64,000 nucleotides of DNA from an uncultured delta proteobacterium (GTDB lineage: Bacteria; Myxococcota_A; Polyangia; Polyangiales; JAFGIB01). This document shows positions 1-9,322 of the stretch, piece by piece. Under the pieces are notes generated by a model. The model searched no databases and was not told the DNA's origin. It saw only the letters and a program-made list of their open reading frames with translations. Both the position numbers and the translations under genes were made by a program. The DNA is taken from the NCBI GenBank assembly GCA_963778655.1, contig CAVZVA010000003.1, positions 800,001-864,000 on the forward strand, given 5' to 3'. Positions within the stretch are counted from its first letter, which is position 1. Each line of letters starts with the position of its first letter.

Positions 1-690
1 GGCGTGCACAGGGGCCAGAGCCCGCGTCGGCTCCGCGTCCGAGCTGGCGACCGCGCGCGAGCGACTTGGCGCCTTGTAGCGCCGGATGGTGTTGCTGCGC
101 AGAGCGGCCAGCGAGCGCACGGTGTCCATGGCCTCGAACATCAGGGCGTACTCGTGGTGCTCGTCGGTCTTGTCCACGGCCCGCAGTCTCGTGTTGCGGT
201 TGAGAAACTCGAGGAACTTGTACTTCGCGCCGCTGCCCGGATTGACCTCGCCATCCTTCTCGTAGCCCTTGCCGAAGCGCGCGCGCACCTTCTTGGAAAA
301 GCGGCTGAAATCGCTCCCGCCGAAAGCCGACGCCGGGTAGAGCTTGACCCACTTCCACAGCTGCCCGCCGATGAAGAAGTAGTAGTTCGAGGAGCCGTCG
401 CGGTCCTTGTACGACAGCATCGATTCCTCGTTGCCGTGAGTGTACTCCTCGGCCACGTCGCTGTGGTCCCAACGCGTCTTCTTGCCGTCGAACTCGACAT
501 AGCTCGAGTTCAGCTCGCGCGCGTCGGCTTTGGAGAGCTTGCCCTCGAGCGCGGTCCGAACCTCGCGCTCGTTCATGCCCCAGCGCAGGTTGCCCATGGC
601 GCCGGCAATGGCGTTGCCGGACGCGGCGGCGGGGGCGGCGTAGAGCCCGACGAGGGTCACGAGCAGCAGACCGACATACGAACGCATCAT
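1..690 (-). CDS. Secreted hypothetical protein (3' end runs off the window)
   Basis: Translated by hand, not in the ORF track: MMRSYVGLLLVTLVGLYAAPAAASGNAIAGAMGNLRWGMNEREV...; signal peptide, GGAGG RBS upstream, high GC3, open to position 1. Confidence 0.8.
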   Translation of the reverse strand, partial: MMRSYVGLLLVTLVGLYAAPAAASGNAIAGAMGNLRWGMNEREVRTALEGKLSKADARELNSSYVEFDGKKTRWDHSDVAEEYTHGNEESMLSYKDRDGSSNYYFFIGGQLWKWVKLYPASAFGGSDFSRFSKKVRARFGKGYEKDGEVNPGSGAKYKFLEFLNRNTRLRAVDKTDEHHEYALMFEAMDTVRSLAALRSNTIRRYKAPSRSRAVASSDAEPTRALAPVHA

Positions 691-938
691 GAGACCTCCA
701 TAGGATGCACAACCGAGCGGCAGCTCGTGGCTGACTGCCATCCCCATTCAGCGTACATGTGAGTGTGAAGCAATGGAACAGCCTTCCGGGTTCAGAACAA
801 ATATAATATGGAATATATAGAGTTAATTGCGCAGATCCCGCACAATCACGGGTGCGAGAGACAGCTTCTGCGCAGCGCTACCACACCCACAAAGGGGGCG
901 CTGGCACGCTGTTTACGACCACGGTTGCGGCCGCGGCC

Positions 939-1925
939 TCATTCGCACTGGCCGAGCGGCGCCACCAAACCGCCTAGCTCCAGCCCCGAGCCCGCGAAGC
1001 CGACACAGGACTGCCCCCCGCCGCACATCCCGGCCCCGGGCACCGCCCCCCCGTCGTCGTCGCCGGCAACGCCGGCGTCGCTGCCGTCCACCCCGCCTGC
1101 CGAGGTCTCGCAACTACGCCGGCAGATCAAGTCGGTCTGCATCCAGCGCGAGGGCGGGAGCCGCGTCGGCCCAAAGCAGCTGCTGCCGGGGTTGCAGTCG
1201 TTGACGTACATGCAGGCGTCGCCGTCGGCGACCGGCATCGGGTTGGGCGCCGCGCACACGCTGAGCACGCCCATACCGGTGTCGTTCAGTCGCAGATAAC
1301 AGCTGGTGCCACTGGCGCAGCCGACCTGCGCGGTGGGGTCGCAGCCGTCGCTGTCGCGGCACACCTCCTCGAGCGCGGTGGGATTGGGCACGCCCGAGGT
1401 GCAGTACTGGGTGGCCGACGGGCAAGCCACGCCGACCTGGCCCTGGAACCTGCCCGACTCGCACGAGAGCTGGCAGGTGTAGTGGTTGCGGACCTGCGGA
1501 TCTTGCGCGCAGTACTGCCCTTCGCCGCAGGGGTCGACATAGACCTCGTCCTGCAATCCCTCGGCCTTGTACGGCTGGGTCTGGCCGCCGAACGGGTCGC
1601 ACGGATCGCCCAGGTGCCGGGCGGGTACTCCCTCCACGCAACCGGCATAGATTGTGAACTGCCCCGCGTCGCCGGCGCGCCGGATCACGATTCGGCACTG
1701 CTGGCCGGCTCCACAGGAAGAGGGCGCGAAGCGGTCGCAACCGGGAATCGGGTCGCCCCCGGTGACCTGAGCGTCGCGGCGGTGAATGAACCCGCCGTCG
1801 TCTCCGGCGTCGTTGGGAACGCCGCCGTCCTGTTTGACTTGGCTGCCGCCGTGGCTGCTGCTGCAGGCCGCCAGCAGCAGCAGCGCAACGCCAGCGCGTG
1901 CTCCCTCGAGTGCCTGTGCCTTCAT
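939..1925 (-). CDS. Cys-rich myxobacterial-type lipoprotein
   Basis: Lipobox LLAAC, DAG-rich linker, many paired Cys motifs (CDPF, CDPT, CxxxxDC); start placed at MKAQ. Confidence 0.75.
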   Translation of the reverse strand: MKAQALEGARAGVALLLLAACSSSHGGSQVKQDGGVPNDAGDDGGFIHRRDAQVTGGDPIPGCDRFAPSSCGAGQQCRIVIRRAGDAGQFTIYAGCVEGVPARHLGDPCDPFGGQTQPYKAEGLQDEVYVDPCGEGQYCAQDPQVRNHYTCQLSCESGRFQGQVGVACPSATQYCTSGVPNPTALEEVCRDSDGCDPTAQVGCASGTSCYLRLNDTGMGVLSVCAAPNPMPVADGDACMYVNDCNPGSSCFGPTRLPPSRWMQTDLICRRSCETSAGGVDGSDAGVAGDDDGGAVPGAGMCGGGQSCVGFAGSGLELGGLVAPLGQCE

Positions 1926-2012
1926 GTCGCACACGCTAGCCGCAGCTCTCAGCAGGGTCAATCGGGGCAGGGGGCCGAGGCGCGCGCTCGTGTTAAGCTC
2001 TAGTGCTCACGA

Positions 2013-3500
2013 ATGACCAGACATGACTCGATCCAGGAGCTGCTGCCGATCGCAGACCTGGCATTGCCGCTGGACGGACAGCCTCCCAAAGCACGGCGCA
2101 TCTACTGCAACCGCGACCTGCGGCTCGACCAGATCGCGGTCATCGGCTTCGATATGGACTACACGCTGGCGATCTATCGGCAGGACGAGATCGACCGGCT
2201 GAGCATCGATGCGACGGCCAAGAAGCTGGTCGAGCGCGGCTACCCGCGCTCGCTGCTGCACATGAGCTACCGCACGCACTTCCCGATCCGCGGGCTGCTG
2301 GTGGACACCAAGCTCGGCAACGTGCTCAAGACCGATCGCTATCGCTACGCAAAGAAGGCGTTTCACGGCACGCGCGCGCTCAGCAGCGAGGAGCGCAAGC
2401 AGCTCTATCAGGGCAAACGCATCCGCCCCGGCGCGCATTACCACTCGATCGACACGCTCTACGCGCTCAGCGAGGTCGCGGTGTTCGCGGCGGTGGTCGA
2501 CGCGCTCGACGGCAGCAAGCTCGACTACGCGGAGCTCTTCCAGCAGGTGCGCAGCAGCATCGACGAGGCGCACCGCGACGGCACCATCAAGAGCCGCATC
2601 ACCGCCGACCTCGATCGCTACCTCGAGCGCGATCCGGAGCTGCCAGCCACGCTGCACAAGCTGCGCAGCGCGGGCAAGAAGCTGTTTCTGCTGACCAACT
2701 CGGAGCTGAGCTATACCGAAACGGTGATGAGCCATCTGCTCGGTAGCGATCTCAGCGAATACCCCTCGTGGCGCAGCTACTTCGATGCGATCGTGGTCGA
2801 TGCGGGCAAGCCCGGTTTCTTCACCCAGGAGCACCGCCCGTTCTGCGAGCGCGATCCACAGAGCGGCGCGCTGGAGCCGAGCGCGGAGCTCGCGCGGGGT
2901 CACGTCTACCACGGCGGTTGTCTGACCGAGTTCGAGCGCATGCTGGGCGTGCGCGGCGATCACATCCTGTATGTCGGCGATCACATCTACGGCGACGTGT
3001 TGCGCGCCAAGAAGGAGAGCGCCTGGCGTACGTTGATGATCATCCAGGAGATGACCGACGAGCTCGACGCGATGGAGCGCTACGCGCCGGAGATCGAGCG
3101 CCTGCACCGGCTGGAGACGCGCCGCTACACGCTGCTCGACAGCCTGCGCGATCGGCAGGCGCTGCTGAAAGCGCTGGGGCGGCGGCTGGAGCAAGAGCAG
3201 CTACCGCGGGCGGACCGCGCCGAAATCGAGGCGGCGAAGCTGCGGTTGCGGCGCGCAATCGAGCGCGTGCGCGCGCAGCTGCGGGCGGTCGAAGACGAGC
3301 ACCTCGAGCTCGAACGGCGGCTGGAGAGCGCCTATCACCCCTTCTGGGGGTCGGCGTTCAAGGCCGAGTCGGAGCTCTCCAGCTTCGGCGAGCAGGTCGA
3401 GCGCTACGCCTGCGTGTACACCGACCGCGTGACCAACCTCGGCTGCTACTCGGCCAGCCACTACTTTCGCGGCCCGCGCCACCGCATGGCGCACGAGTGA
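2013..3500 (+). CDS. HAD-IG family 5'-nucleotidase (cN-II-like)
   Basis: Motifs GFDMDYTL, LLTNS, KPGFF and YVGDHIYGDV; coiled-coil insert. Confidence 0.92.
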   Translation: MTRHDSIQELLPIADLALPLDGQPPKARRIYCNRDLRLDQIAVIGFDMDYTLAIYRQDEIDRLSIDATAKKLVERGYPRSLLHMSYRTHFPIRGLLVDTKLGNVLKTDRYRYAKKAFHGTRALSSEERKQLYQGKRIRPGAHYHSIDTLYALSEVAVFAAVVDALDGSKLDYAELFQQVRSSIDEAHRDGTIKSRITADLDRYLERDPELPATLHKLRSAGKKLFLLTNSELSYTETVMSHLLGSDLSEYPSWRSYFDAIVVDAGKPGFFTQEHRPFCERDPQSGALEPSAELARGHVYHGGCLTEFERMLGVRGDHILYVGDHIYGDVLRAKKESAWRTLMIIQEMTDELDAMERYAPEIERLHRLETRRYTLLDSLRDRQALLKALGRRLEQEQLPRADRAEIEAAKLRLRRAIERVRAQLRAVEDEHLELERRLESAYHPFWGSAFKAESELSSFGEQVERYACVYTDRVTNLGCYSASHYFRGPRHRMAHE

Positions 3501-3513
3501 GGCGCGAGCCGGC

Positions 3514-4143
3514 TCAGCCGAGGCGGCTGGCAAGCAACGCGACCGCTTCGCGCAGCGCCTGGTGCGTGCGCGGTCCGGGCTTGCGCCCGAGCGAACGCCA
3601 GAAGAACTCGTTGCCCGCGACATAGCCGACCACCATCGCCCAGACCGACACCAGCATGGCCTCGGACAGCTCGGCGCTCGGTGGCGGTTGCAGTCGCTGG
3701 CCGAGCACCTCGCGGGTCTGGGCCGCCATCAACTTCATCTGCGGCAGAATGCGCTTGGCGTACATCGAGGTCGCGTCGCGGTCGTTGAAGATCGCCCAGC
3801 TGAGCAGGCGGCCGTACCACGGCTCGAGCGCGATCTCGAGGTAGAGATCGACCAGGCGGGCCGGAGTCGGGTTCGGCAGCGCCATCAGCCGCGCGACCAG
3901 ACGCTCCTGCACGCGCGACACCGCCTCGTCGAGCGTGGCCTCGACCAGCGCCGCGTAGCTGCCGAAGTAGTGGGTCACCAGCGCGTGACTGGTGCCTGCC
4001 TCCTCGGCCACGTCCTTGAGCCCGCAGGCCGAGGGGCCGTGGCGGGAGATCACGCGGACGGCCGCGTCGAGAATGTGCTGGCGCGCCTGCCGGGGGTCAC
4101 GGCGCACGCGCTTCTTCCCGGCGCGCACGGGCTGCTGGGCCAT
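3514..4143 (-). CDS. TetR/AcrR family transcriptional regulator
   Basis: N-terminal HTH ILDAAVRVISRHG...LKDVAEEAGTSHALVTHYFGS; start at MAQQ. Confidence 0.88.
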   Translation of the reverse strand: MAQQPVRAGKKRVRRDPRQARQHILDAAVRVISRHGPSACGLKDVAEEAGTSHALVTHYFGSYAALVEATLDEAVSRVQERLVARLMALPNPTPARLVDLYLEIALEPWYGRLLSWAIFNDRDATSMYAKRILPQMKLMAAQTREVLGQRLQPPPSAELSEAMLVSVWAMVVGYVAGNEFFWRSLGRKPGPRTHQALREAVALLASRLG

Positions 4144-4178
4144 GGCCGGGGTTGTAACACGCGCGCTCGAGTCGCTTT

Positions 4179-4224
4179 CTATTGACAACGGTGACAATAG
4201 CACTATTGAACCATGTGACAACAA
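4179..4224. promoter_or_regulatory. Tandem candidate TetR operators overlapping a TTGACA -35-like hexamer
   Basis: CTATTGacaacggtgaCAATAG (4179-4200) and CTATTGaaccatgtgaCAACAA (4203-4224) lie between the divergent tetR and coq4-like genes. Confidence 0.65.
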
Positions 4225-4234
4225 GGAGGTCGTC

Positions 4235-4951
4235 ATGTTCACCAAGCTGCTGGCAGGCCCTCGAGACGAGTCGGAGGCGGCAGACCTGGCGCTGGCCTCT
4301 GTGGCGGAGCGCGCGCGCTTGGCCTGGCGCGCCGGGATCGCGCTCGCGCTCGACCCGAGCGACACCCAACAGGTCTTCTACCTGGCCCAGGCCTTGGACC
4401 GTCCCACCCTGCCGCGCATCGCGGCCAGGCTCGCGGCGCTGCCGGCGGGCCGCGAGCTGCTGCGCGCCCGGCCGGCGATCGACTCGCGATCGGTCGACCT
4501 GGCCGCATTGCGCGCGCTGCCGGCGAACACGCTGGGCGGCGCGTACGTGCGCGTGCTGGACGAAAACGGTCTGGACCCCGACATCTTCCAGCGGCCGCCG
4601 GGGCTGCCCGACGACCTGGCCTACGTGGCGCAGCGCCTGCGCCAGACCCACGACCTGTGGCACGTCGTGACCGGCTTTGACACCGACGTACCCGGTGAGA
4701 TCGCGCTGCAGGCGTTCACCTACGCCCAACTCAGGCAGCGCTTTTCGCTGTTGATCGTGCTGTTCGGGCTGCTGATCTTCACGCTGCGGCATCCGCGCGT
4801 GTGGCCGATGAGCATGCGCGCGCGAAGGGTCGGAAAGCAGGCCGCGTGGCTGTTCGGCGAGCGCTTGGAAGACCGCTGGACCGAGCCGCTGGCCGCGCTG
4901 CGCGAGCGCCTCGGGCTGAGTGAGCTCGCTCAGCAGAACGAGCGCCGGTGA
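4235..4951 (+). CDS. Coq4 family protein
   Basis: HDLWH...GEIALQAF metal motif; LRALPANTLGGAY; AAGGAGG RBS before ATG 4235. Confidence 0.85.
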   Translation: MFTKLLAGPRDESEAADLALASVAERARLAWRAGIALALDPSDTQQVFYLAQALDRPTLPRIAARLAALPAGRELLRARPAIDSRSVDLAALRALPANTLGGAYVRVLDENGLDPDIFQRPPGLPDDLAYVAQRLRQTHDLWHVVTGFDTDVPGEIALQAFTYAQLRQRFSLLIVLFGLLIFTLRHPRVWPMSMRARRVGKQAAWLFGERLEDRWTEPLAALRERLGLSELAQQNERR

Positions 4952-4976
4952 GCCGCCGCCCGAAAACGCTAACCGC

Positions 4977-5234
4977 CTACTCGGCGCTGTACACGCTGAC
5001 GCGCTGCTTGTCCTTGCCCATGCGCTCGAAGCGCACGACGCCGTCGATGCGCGCCCAAAGCGTGTAATCGCGGCCTAGCCCGACGTTGCGCCCGGCGTGG
5101 AAGCTCGAGCCGACCTGGCGCACCAGGATGCTGCCGGCCGAGACCTGCTGGCCGCCGAAGACCTTGACCCCGCGGTATTGTGCCTTGCTGTCGCGGCCGT
5201 TGCGGGTCGCGCCCTGACCTTTCTTGTGAGCCAT
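4977..5234 (-). CDS. rpmA: 50S ribosomal protein L27
   Basis: [16 protein letters not shown] signature. Confidence 0.98.
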   Translation of the reverse strand: MAHKKGQGATRNGRDSKAQYRGVKVFGGQQVSAGSILVRQVGSSFHAGRNVGLGRDYTLWARIDGVVRFERMGKDKQRVSVYSAE

Positions 5235-5247
5235 GGCTTTCTCCCGC

Positions 5248-5556
5248 TCAGGCGCTGATGCCCGTGATCTTGAGCTCGGTGAAGGGCTGGCGGTGACCGT
5301 TCTTACGGCGGTAGCGCTTGCGGCGCCGGATCTTGAACACGATCACCTTGCGGTCGCGGCCCTGCGCCACGATCTCCGCACTGACCTTGGCGCCCTGCAC
5401 CAGCGGCTTGCCCACCACCAGCTTGTCGCCGCCGAGCATCAGCACGTGGTCGAGCTCGAGCTTGTCGCCGGCCGCGCCGGGCAGCTTCTCCACGCGCAGG
5501 TGGCTACCTTCGCTCACGCGATACTGCTTGCCACCCGTCTTGATGACCGCGTACAT
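5248..5556 (-). CDS. rplU: 50S ribosomal protein L21
   Basis: [14 protein letters not shown]...GHRQPFT. Confidence 0.98.
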   Translation of the reverse strand: MYAVIKTGGKQYRVSEGSHLRVEKLPGAAGDKLELDHVLMLGGDKLVVGKPLVQGAKVSAEIVAQGRDRKVIVFKIRRRKRYRRKNGHRQPFTELKITGISA

Positions 5557-5652
5557 GTGCACATTCCCTTCGCACGCCCGGGCCGGGCAGGGGGTGGAAG
5601 TGTACGGATCGGCCCTCGAACTGCAACAAGAAAGCTGACTGGAGCTGCAGCC

Positions 5653-6360
5653 TTGCCCGCACGCCGCCGCAAGCCCGCCAAGCCCCCTTCCGCCGAGCCC
5701 CAAAGGCGCGTGCGCAGACGCGCCGACGGCCCCTCGGGTCTTCGGAAATTACCTCAAGATCTCGAGGACCTGGCTGCTGGGCGCCGAGACGCGCTGCGGC
5801 CCCGCCGGCGCCCCAAAGGGCGCATCGCCGACACCCGCGTAGCCGGCCTGATCGCGGGCGTAGCCAACCACGAGGCGCGGCGCGTGTTCGACGCACGCGC
5901 GGAGGCTCTGCGGGCACAGGACGCGCCCGAAGAGGCGCTGGAGCGCGGGCTGTGCGAGGCGGTGCTGCTGGGGCTGTGGCGCGCGCGCAACGTGACCGGG
6001 TTCGATGCGCTCGCCCAGCACGTGCTGGGCTTGCCGCTGGAGCGCGCGCGCGCGTTGGCGGCGCGCGGCGCCGAGCGGCGCGGGCTCCAGCTCGAGCAGC
6101 TGCCGGACGTGGCGGTCGCGCTGTGGCTGCGCAGCGAGGCCGCGTTGCTCGAGCGCTGCCCGCAAGCGGCGGTCGAGGTGCGGGTGGAGGACGAGCGCGT
6201 GGAGCTGGTGCTGCGGCTGCCGCTGGCGCCGGCGGCGCAGGCGGCCGAAGCGGTGGCGGCCGTCGGCCGCTCTGCCGCGGGCCTGGCGAGGGTGCTCGGC
6301 GGTGAGGCACCGCGCGAGGCCGCGGACGCGCGGACGCGCGGGCCACGCGGCCGCGACTGA
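5653..6360 (+). CDS. Hypothetical protein
   Basis: 3' part of ORF 5233-6360 has coding-like codon use; candidate TTG start after GGAG; start uncertain. Confidence 0.6.
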   Translation: MPARRRKPAKPPSAEPQRRVRRRADGPSGLRKLPQDLEDLAAGRRDALRPRRRPKGRIADTRVAGLIAGVANHEARRVFDARAEALRAQDAPEEALERGLCEAVLLGLWRARNVTGFDALAQHVLGLPLERARALAARGAERRGLQLEQLPDVAVALWLRSEAALLERCPQAAVEVRVEDERVELVLRLPLAPAAQAAEAVAAVGRSAAGLARVLGGEAPREAADARTRGPRGRD

Positions 6361-6610
6361 CTGCACGCCGACCGGCGCGTGCACCTCGACCCAGAGGGGC
6401 TCGGCGACCGCCGAGTGTCGCGACAACGGGATCGAGCTGCGCTCGCCCGACGCGCCTCCGCTCTCGGTGACCGTGACCGAGAGCGACGGCAAGACGCCAT
6501 GAGGCATCGCGGACGTCAACATCGACAACGCCACCGCACAGCGGCACGGTCAGCGGCAAGGCATACGCGCGCAACGCGTCGCGCAGCGCGAGCGCCGCGT
6601 TGCGGCGTCT
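6360..6610 (+). pseudogene. Possible degraded gene fragment
   Basis: High-GC3 frame [28 protein letters not shown]...KTP*GIADVNIDNAT with an internal TGA, then a shift to SGTVSGKAYARNAS; no start codon. Confidence 0.3.
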
Positions 6611-6769
6611 GCGCCGCCGCAGCCGCGCATGCACGTGCGCACGATGCGCAGCGTGCTGCGCGATCGCGCGCGATCTCACACTAGCGTGTGCACGACCGGC
6701 GCAAACCGGGTTGACCTCGCCGTCGGCATGCGCCCAATGTTGTGGGTGGGGTTGGGAGGAAGAAGATAT

Positions 6770-8365
6770 ATGGCGCGCGTCACCATCCTGACGGCAAGCC
6801 TCGCGGCGATCGTGTTCGTCCCGGGACTGGGCTGCAGCACTGACACCAAACCGATCGCGAGCAAGCGCGACGACGCGGGCGCGCAGAACAGCACGGACGC
6901 GGGCGCGCACACGGATGGCGGCGCGAGCGGCTCGGGCGGGAGCAATGCGAGCGGCGGGCCAGCCGGCAAAGGCAGCGGCGGGAGCGGCGGAAGTGGCGGC
7001 GCGAGCGGAAGTGGCGGCGCGAGCGGCAGCGGCGGCGAAGGCGGCACCGGCGGCGAAGGCGGCACCGGCGGCGAAGGCGGCACCGGCGGTCAAGGCGGCA
7101 CCGGCGGCGAAGGCGGCACCGGCGGTCAAGGCGGCACCGGCGGCGAAGGCGGCAGCGGCGGCACCGGCGGTCAAGGCGGAAGCTGCAGTCACGACAGTGA
7201 TTGCGACGACGGCGTGGCCTGCACCGACGACAGCTGCCAGAACGATGCCTGCGAGCACACGCCGCGCAACTCCGCGTGCGACCCGGGCGAATACTGCGAC
7301 GCGACCGCGGGCTGCGCGCAGAAGTCGTGCTCGAACGCCGACGACTGCAGCGACGGGGAAGGATGCACGGTCCTGCAGGGTTGCGACAGCGGCAGCGGCA
7401 AGTGCGTGTGGACGTTGCTCGATCAGGATGGGGACGGCTACGCGCCGACCGATTGCGGCGGCGACGATTGCAACGACAACAACGCGGCCGTGCACCCGGG
7501 CGCGATCGACACCTGCAACGGAGCGGACGACGACTGTGACCAGAGCACCGACGAGAGCGCAACCTGTTCGCTCGGCCGCACCTGCCAAGACGGCTCCTGT
7601 GCGTGCCCGAGCCCGCGCACGTTGTGCAACGGCGTGTGCGCCGACACCGACAACGACGCGCGGCACTGCGGCTCGAGCTGCACCGATTGCGGGCCGGCGG
7701 GTACGTGCACCGGCGGCAGCTGTAGCTGCACCGAGAGCGACACGATCAAGGACTGCAGCGGAACCTGCGCGGACATCACCAGCTCGAGCGCCAACTGCGG
7801 GTCCTGCGGGCACAACTGCAACACCGGCGGCAACTGCAGCAACGGCAGCGGCTTCTGTTCCTGCGTGGACTCGGTGTGCACCGCCTGCGGCGGCGACGGC
7901 CAGCGCTGCTGCACCGGCGCGGGCCTGGGCGGCGGCTGCGGGATCGGCCTGGTGTGCAACGGCGACGCGAGCTCAGCCAGCGCGATGTGCGTCTCCTGCG
8001 GCGGTCCCGACGAGCCGTGCTGCGGGGGCGACACCTGCCGCAACGGCTACCAGTGCCAGGAAGGCAGCTGCAGCTGCGATGCGCCCGGCCACGCGGTCTG
8101 CAGCAACACCTGCTACAACCTGCAAAACGCCGTCGCCAACTGCGGCGAGTGTGGCAACTCGTGCATCACGGGTGGGGGCGGCGGAGGCGGCCCCGGCGAC
8201 GCGGGCACCGGCGCCACGATCGAGACCTGCGTGGCAGGCGAGTGCCAGAGCTGCGGGCAGTCCGGGCAGCGCTGTTGCGCGCTGAGCCTCGGCAGCCCGC
8301 TCCTACCGCACTTCTGCACCTCGAACAGCCTGAGCTGCAATCAGGACAACGACACCTGCCAGTGA
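6770..8365 (+). CDS. Cys-rich surface lipoprotein with Gly-rich linker, MopE-like DxDGDG repeat and CGxCGxxC repeats
   Basis: Lipobox LGC; DQDGDGY...DCNDNNAAVHPGAIDTCNGADDDCD; NCGSCGHNC and NCGECGNSC. Confidence 0.85.
   Translation: MARVTILTASLAAIVFVPGLGCSTDTKPIASKRDDAGAQNSTDAGAHTDGGASGSGGSNASGGPAGKGSGGSGGSGGASGSGGASGSGGEGGTGGEGGTGGEGGTGGQGGTGGEGGTGGQGGTGGEGGSGGTGGQGGSCSHDSDCDDGVACTDDSCQNDACEHTPRNSACDPGEYCDATAGCAQKSCSNADDCSDGEGCTVLQGCDSGSGKCVWTLLDQDGDGYAPTDCGGDDCNDNNAAVHPGAIDTCNGADDDCDQSTDESATCSLGRTCQDGSCACPSPRTLCNGVCADTDNDARHCGSSCTDCGPAGTCTGGSCSCTESDTIKDCSGTCADITSSSANCGSCGHNCNTGGNCSNGSGFCSCVDSVCTACGGDGQRCCTGAGLGGGCGIGLVCNGDASSASAMCVSCGGPDEPCCGGDTCRNGYQCQEGSCSCDAPGHAVCSNTCYNLQNAVANCGECGNSCITGGGGGGGPGDAGTGATIETCVAGECQSCGQSGQRCCALSLGSPLLPHFCTSNSLSCNQDNDTCQ
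7031..7183 (+). repeat. Coding 18-bp tandem repeat (GG[EQ]GGT)n
   Basis: Seven full units of ggcggYSaaggcggcacc, a half unit and one further unit. Confidence 0.9.
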
Positions 8366-8478
8366 GCGCGGCGGACCTGCTGCATGGCTGGGGCGTGAAC
8401 CGATAGTCGTTCGCGCCGCCGTCGTTCGGGCGCTGGCTAGGGCTACGGCGCACGAGGATGGCGGACAGGCCCTTTGTC

Positions 8479-9297
8479 CTATTGCTCGGGCAACGCCTGC
8501 TCCGGGTCGTCGAGGACGGCGCGGAAGCGTCGGGCCAGCTCGCCGGCCTGGAAGCCGTCGAGCAGGCGGTGGTCGAGCGTGACCCCGATTGGCAGCACGG
8601 GGCGAACTTGGACCTGACCGTCGACCACCAGCGGGGCGCGCTCCAGCGCGCCGACAGTGAGCACGATCGGCGCGCGCGAGAACGGCACCAGCGGCGCGAA
8701 GCCGCGCGGCAGGCCGAACACGCCTACGTTGGTCACCATCGCGCTGCCGAACGCGTCGAAGGGGATGCCGAGCGCGGAGAGGTCGAGCCCGAGGTCATAG
8801 CTCAGGTACTCGGCCGCGTGCAGCGCGAGCCCGCGCGCCGGGGCCGGCAGGCGTGATAGCAGCTCGGTGTTGCGCCTGAGCGCGTGGTCGCCGTGGGCGC
8901 GGATGCGCTCGGCGCGCTCGTGCAGCTCGCGCGCGATCTGCAGCACGCTCTTGTGGTCGGCCGCCACCACCTTGGCGCCCGACAAGTCCTCACCCTTGTC
9001 GAGCGCGACCTGGAAGAACACGTCCACGCTGTCACGTTGATAGATCTGGCGCCCGCGGCGAATCACCGCGTTGACCTCCGGACGCGACGCGATCGCATCG
9101 GCCACGGCCTTGCCGACCAGGTGGGTCAGCGTGACCTTGACGTCGGCGCGCGCGTTGAGCCGCTCGAGGTAGGCCAGCGCGCGGGTCGCGTCGACGTCGA
9201 GCATGCCGTACGCGCTGGGATCGCGCGGCCCGCGCCAGGCGTGCAGCGAAATGCGCCGCCAGGAGGACGTCTTGCGCAAGCGCTGGAAGTGGCTCAC
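8479..9297 (-). CDS. Stand-alone 2-oxoacid dehydrogenase E2-type acyltransferase catalytic domain
   Basis: VTNVG and TLDHRLLDG (HxxxDG) motifs; no lipoyl domain; GTG start. Confidence 0.85.
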   Translation of the reverse strand: MSHFQRLRKTSSWRRISLHAWRGPRDPSAYGMLDVDATRALAYLERLNARADVKVTLTHLVGKAVADAIASRPEVNAVIRRGRQIYQRDSVDVFFQVALDKGEDLSGAKVVAADHKSVLQIARELHERAERIRAHGDHALRRNTELLSRLPAPARGLALHAAEYLSYDLGLDLSALGIPFDAFGSAMVTNVGVFGLPRGFAPLVPFSRAPIVLTVGALERAPLVVDGQVQVRPVLPIGVTLDHRLLDGFQAGELARRFRAVLDDPEQALPEQ

Positions 9298-9322
9298 CCG
9301 CCCTCCGCCGTGCCCGCGCGCG

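Noticed and set aside
4..762. 252-aa plus-strand ORF and the many other long overlapping ORFs (e.g. 14675-16651, 43121-47416, 5504-7813)
   Set aside because: Antisense or off-frame shadows of real genes, expected at this GC content; no motifs and Arg/Ala/Pro-biased composition
902..917. Sigma-54-like TGGCAC-N5-TTAC
   Set aside because: The -12 element is mismatched and it points antisense into the 3' end of a gene
6500..6502. In-frame TGA as selenocysteine
   Set aside because: No redox motif context, no recognisable SECIS and no start codon
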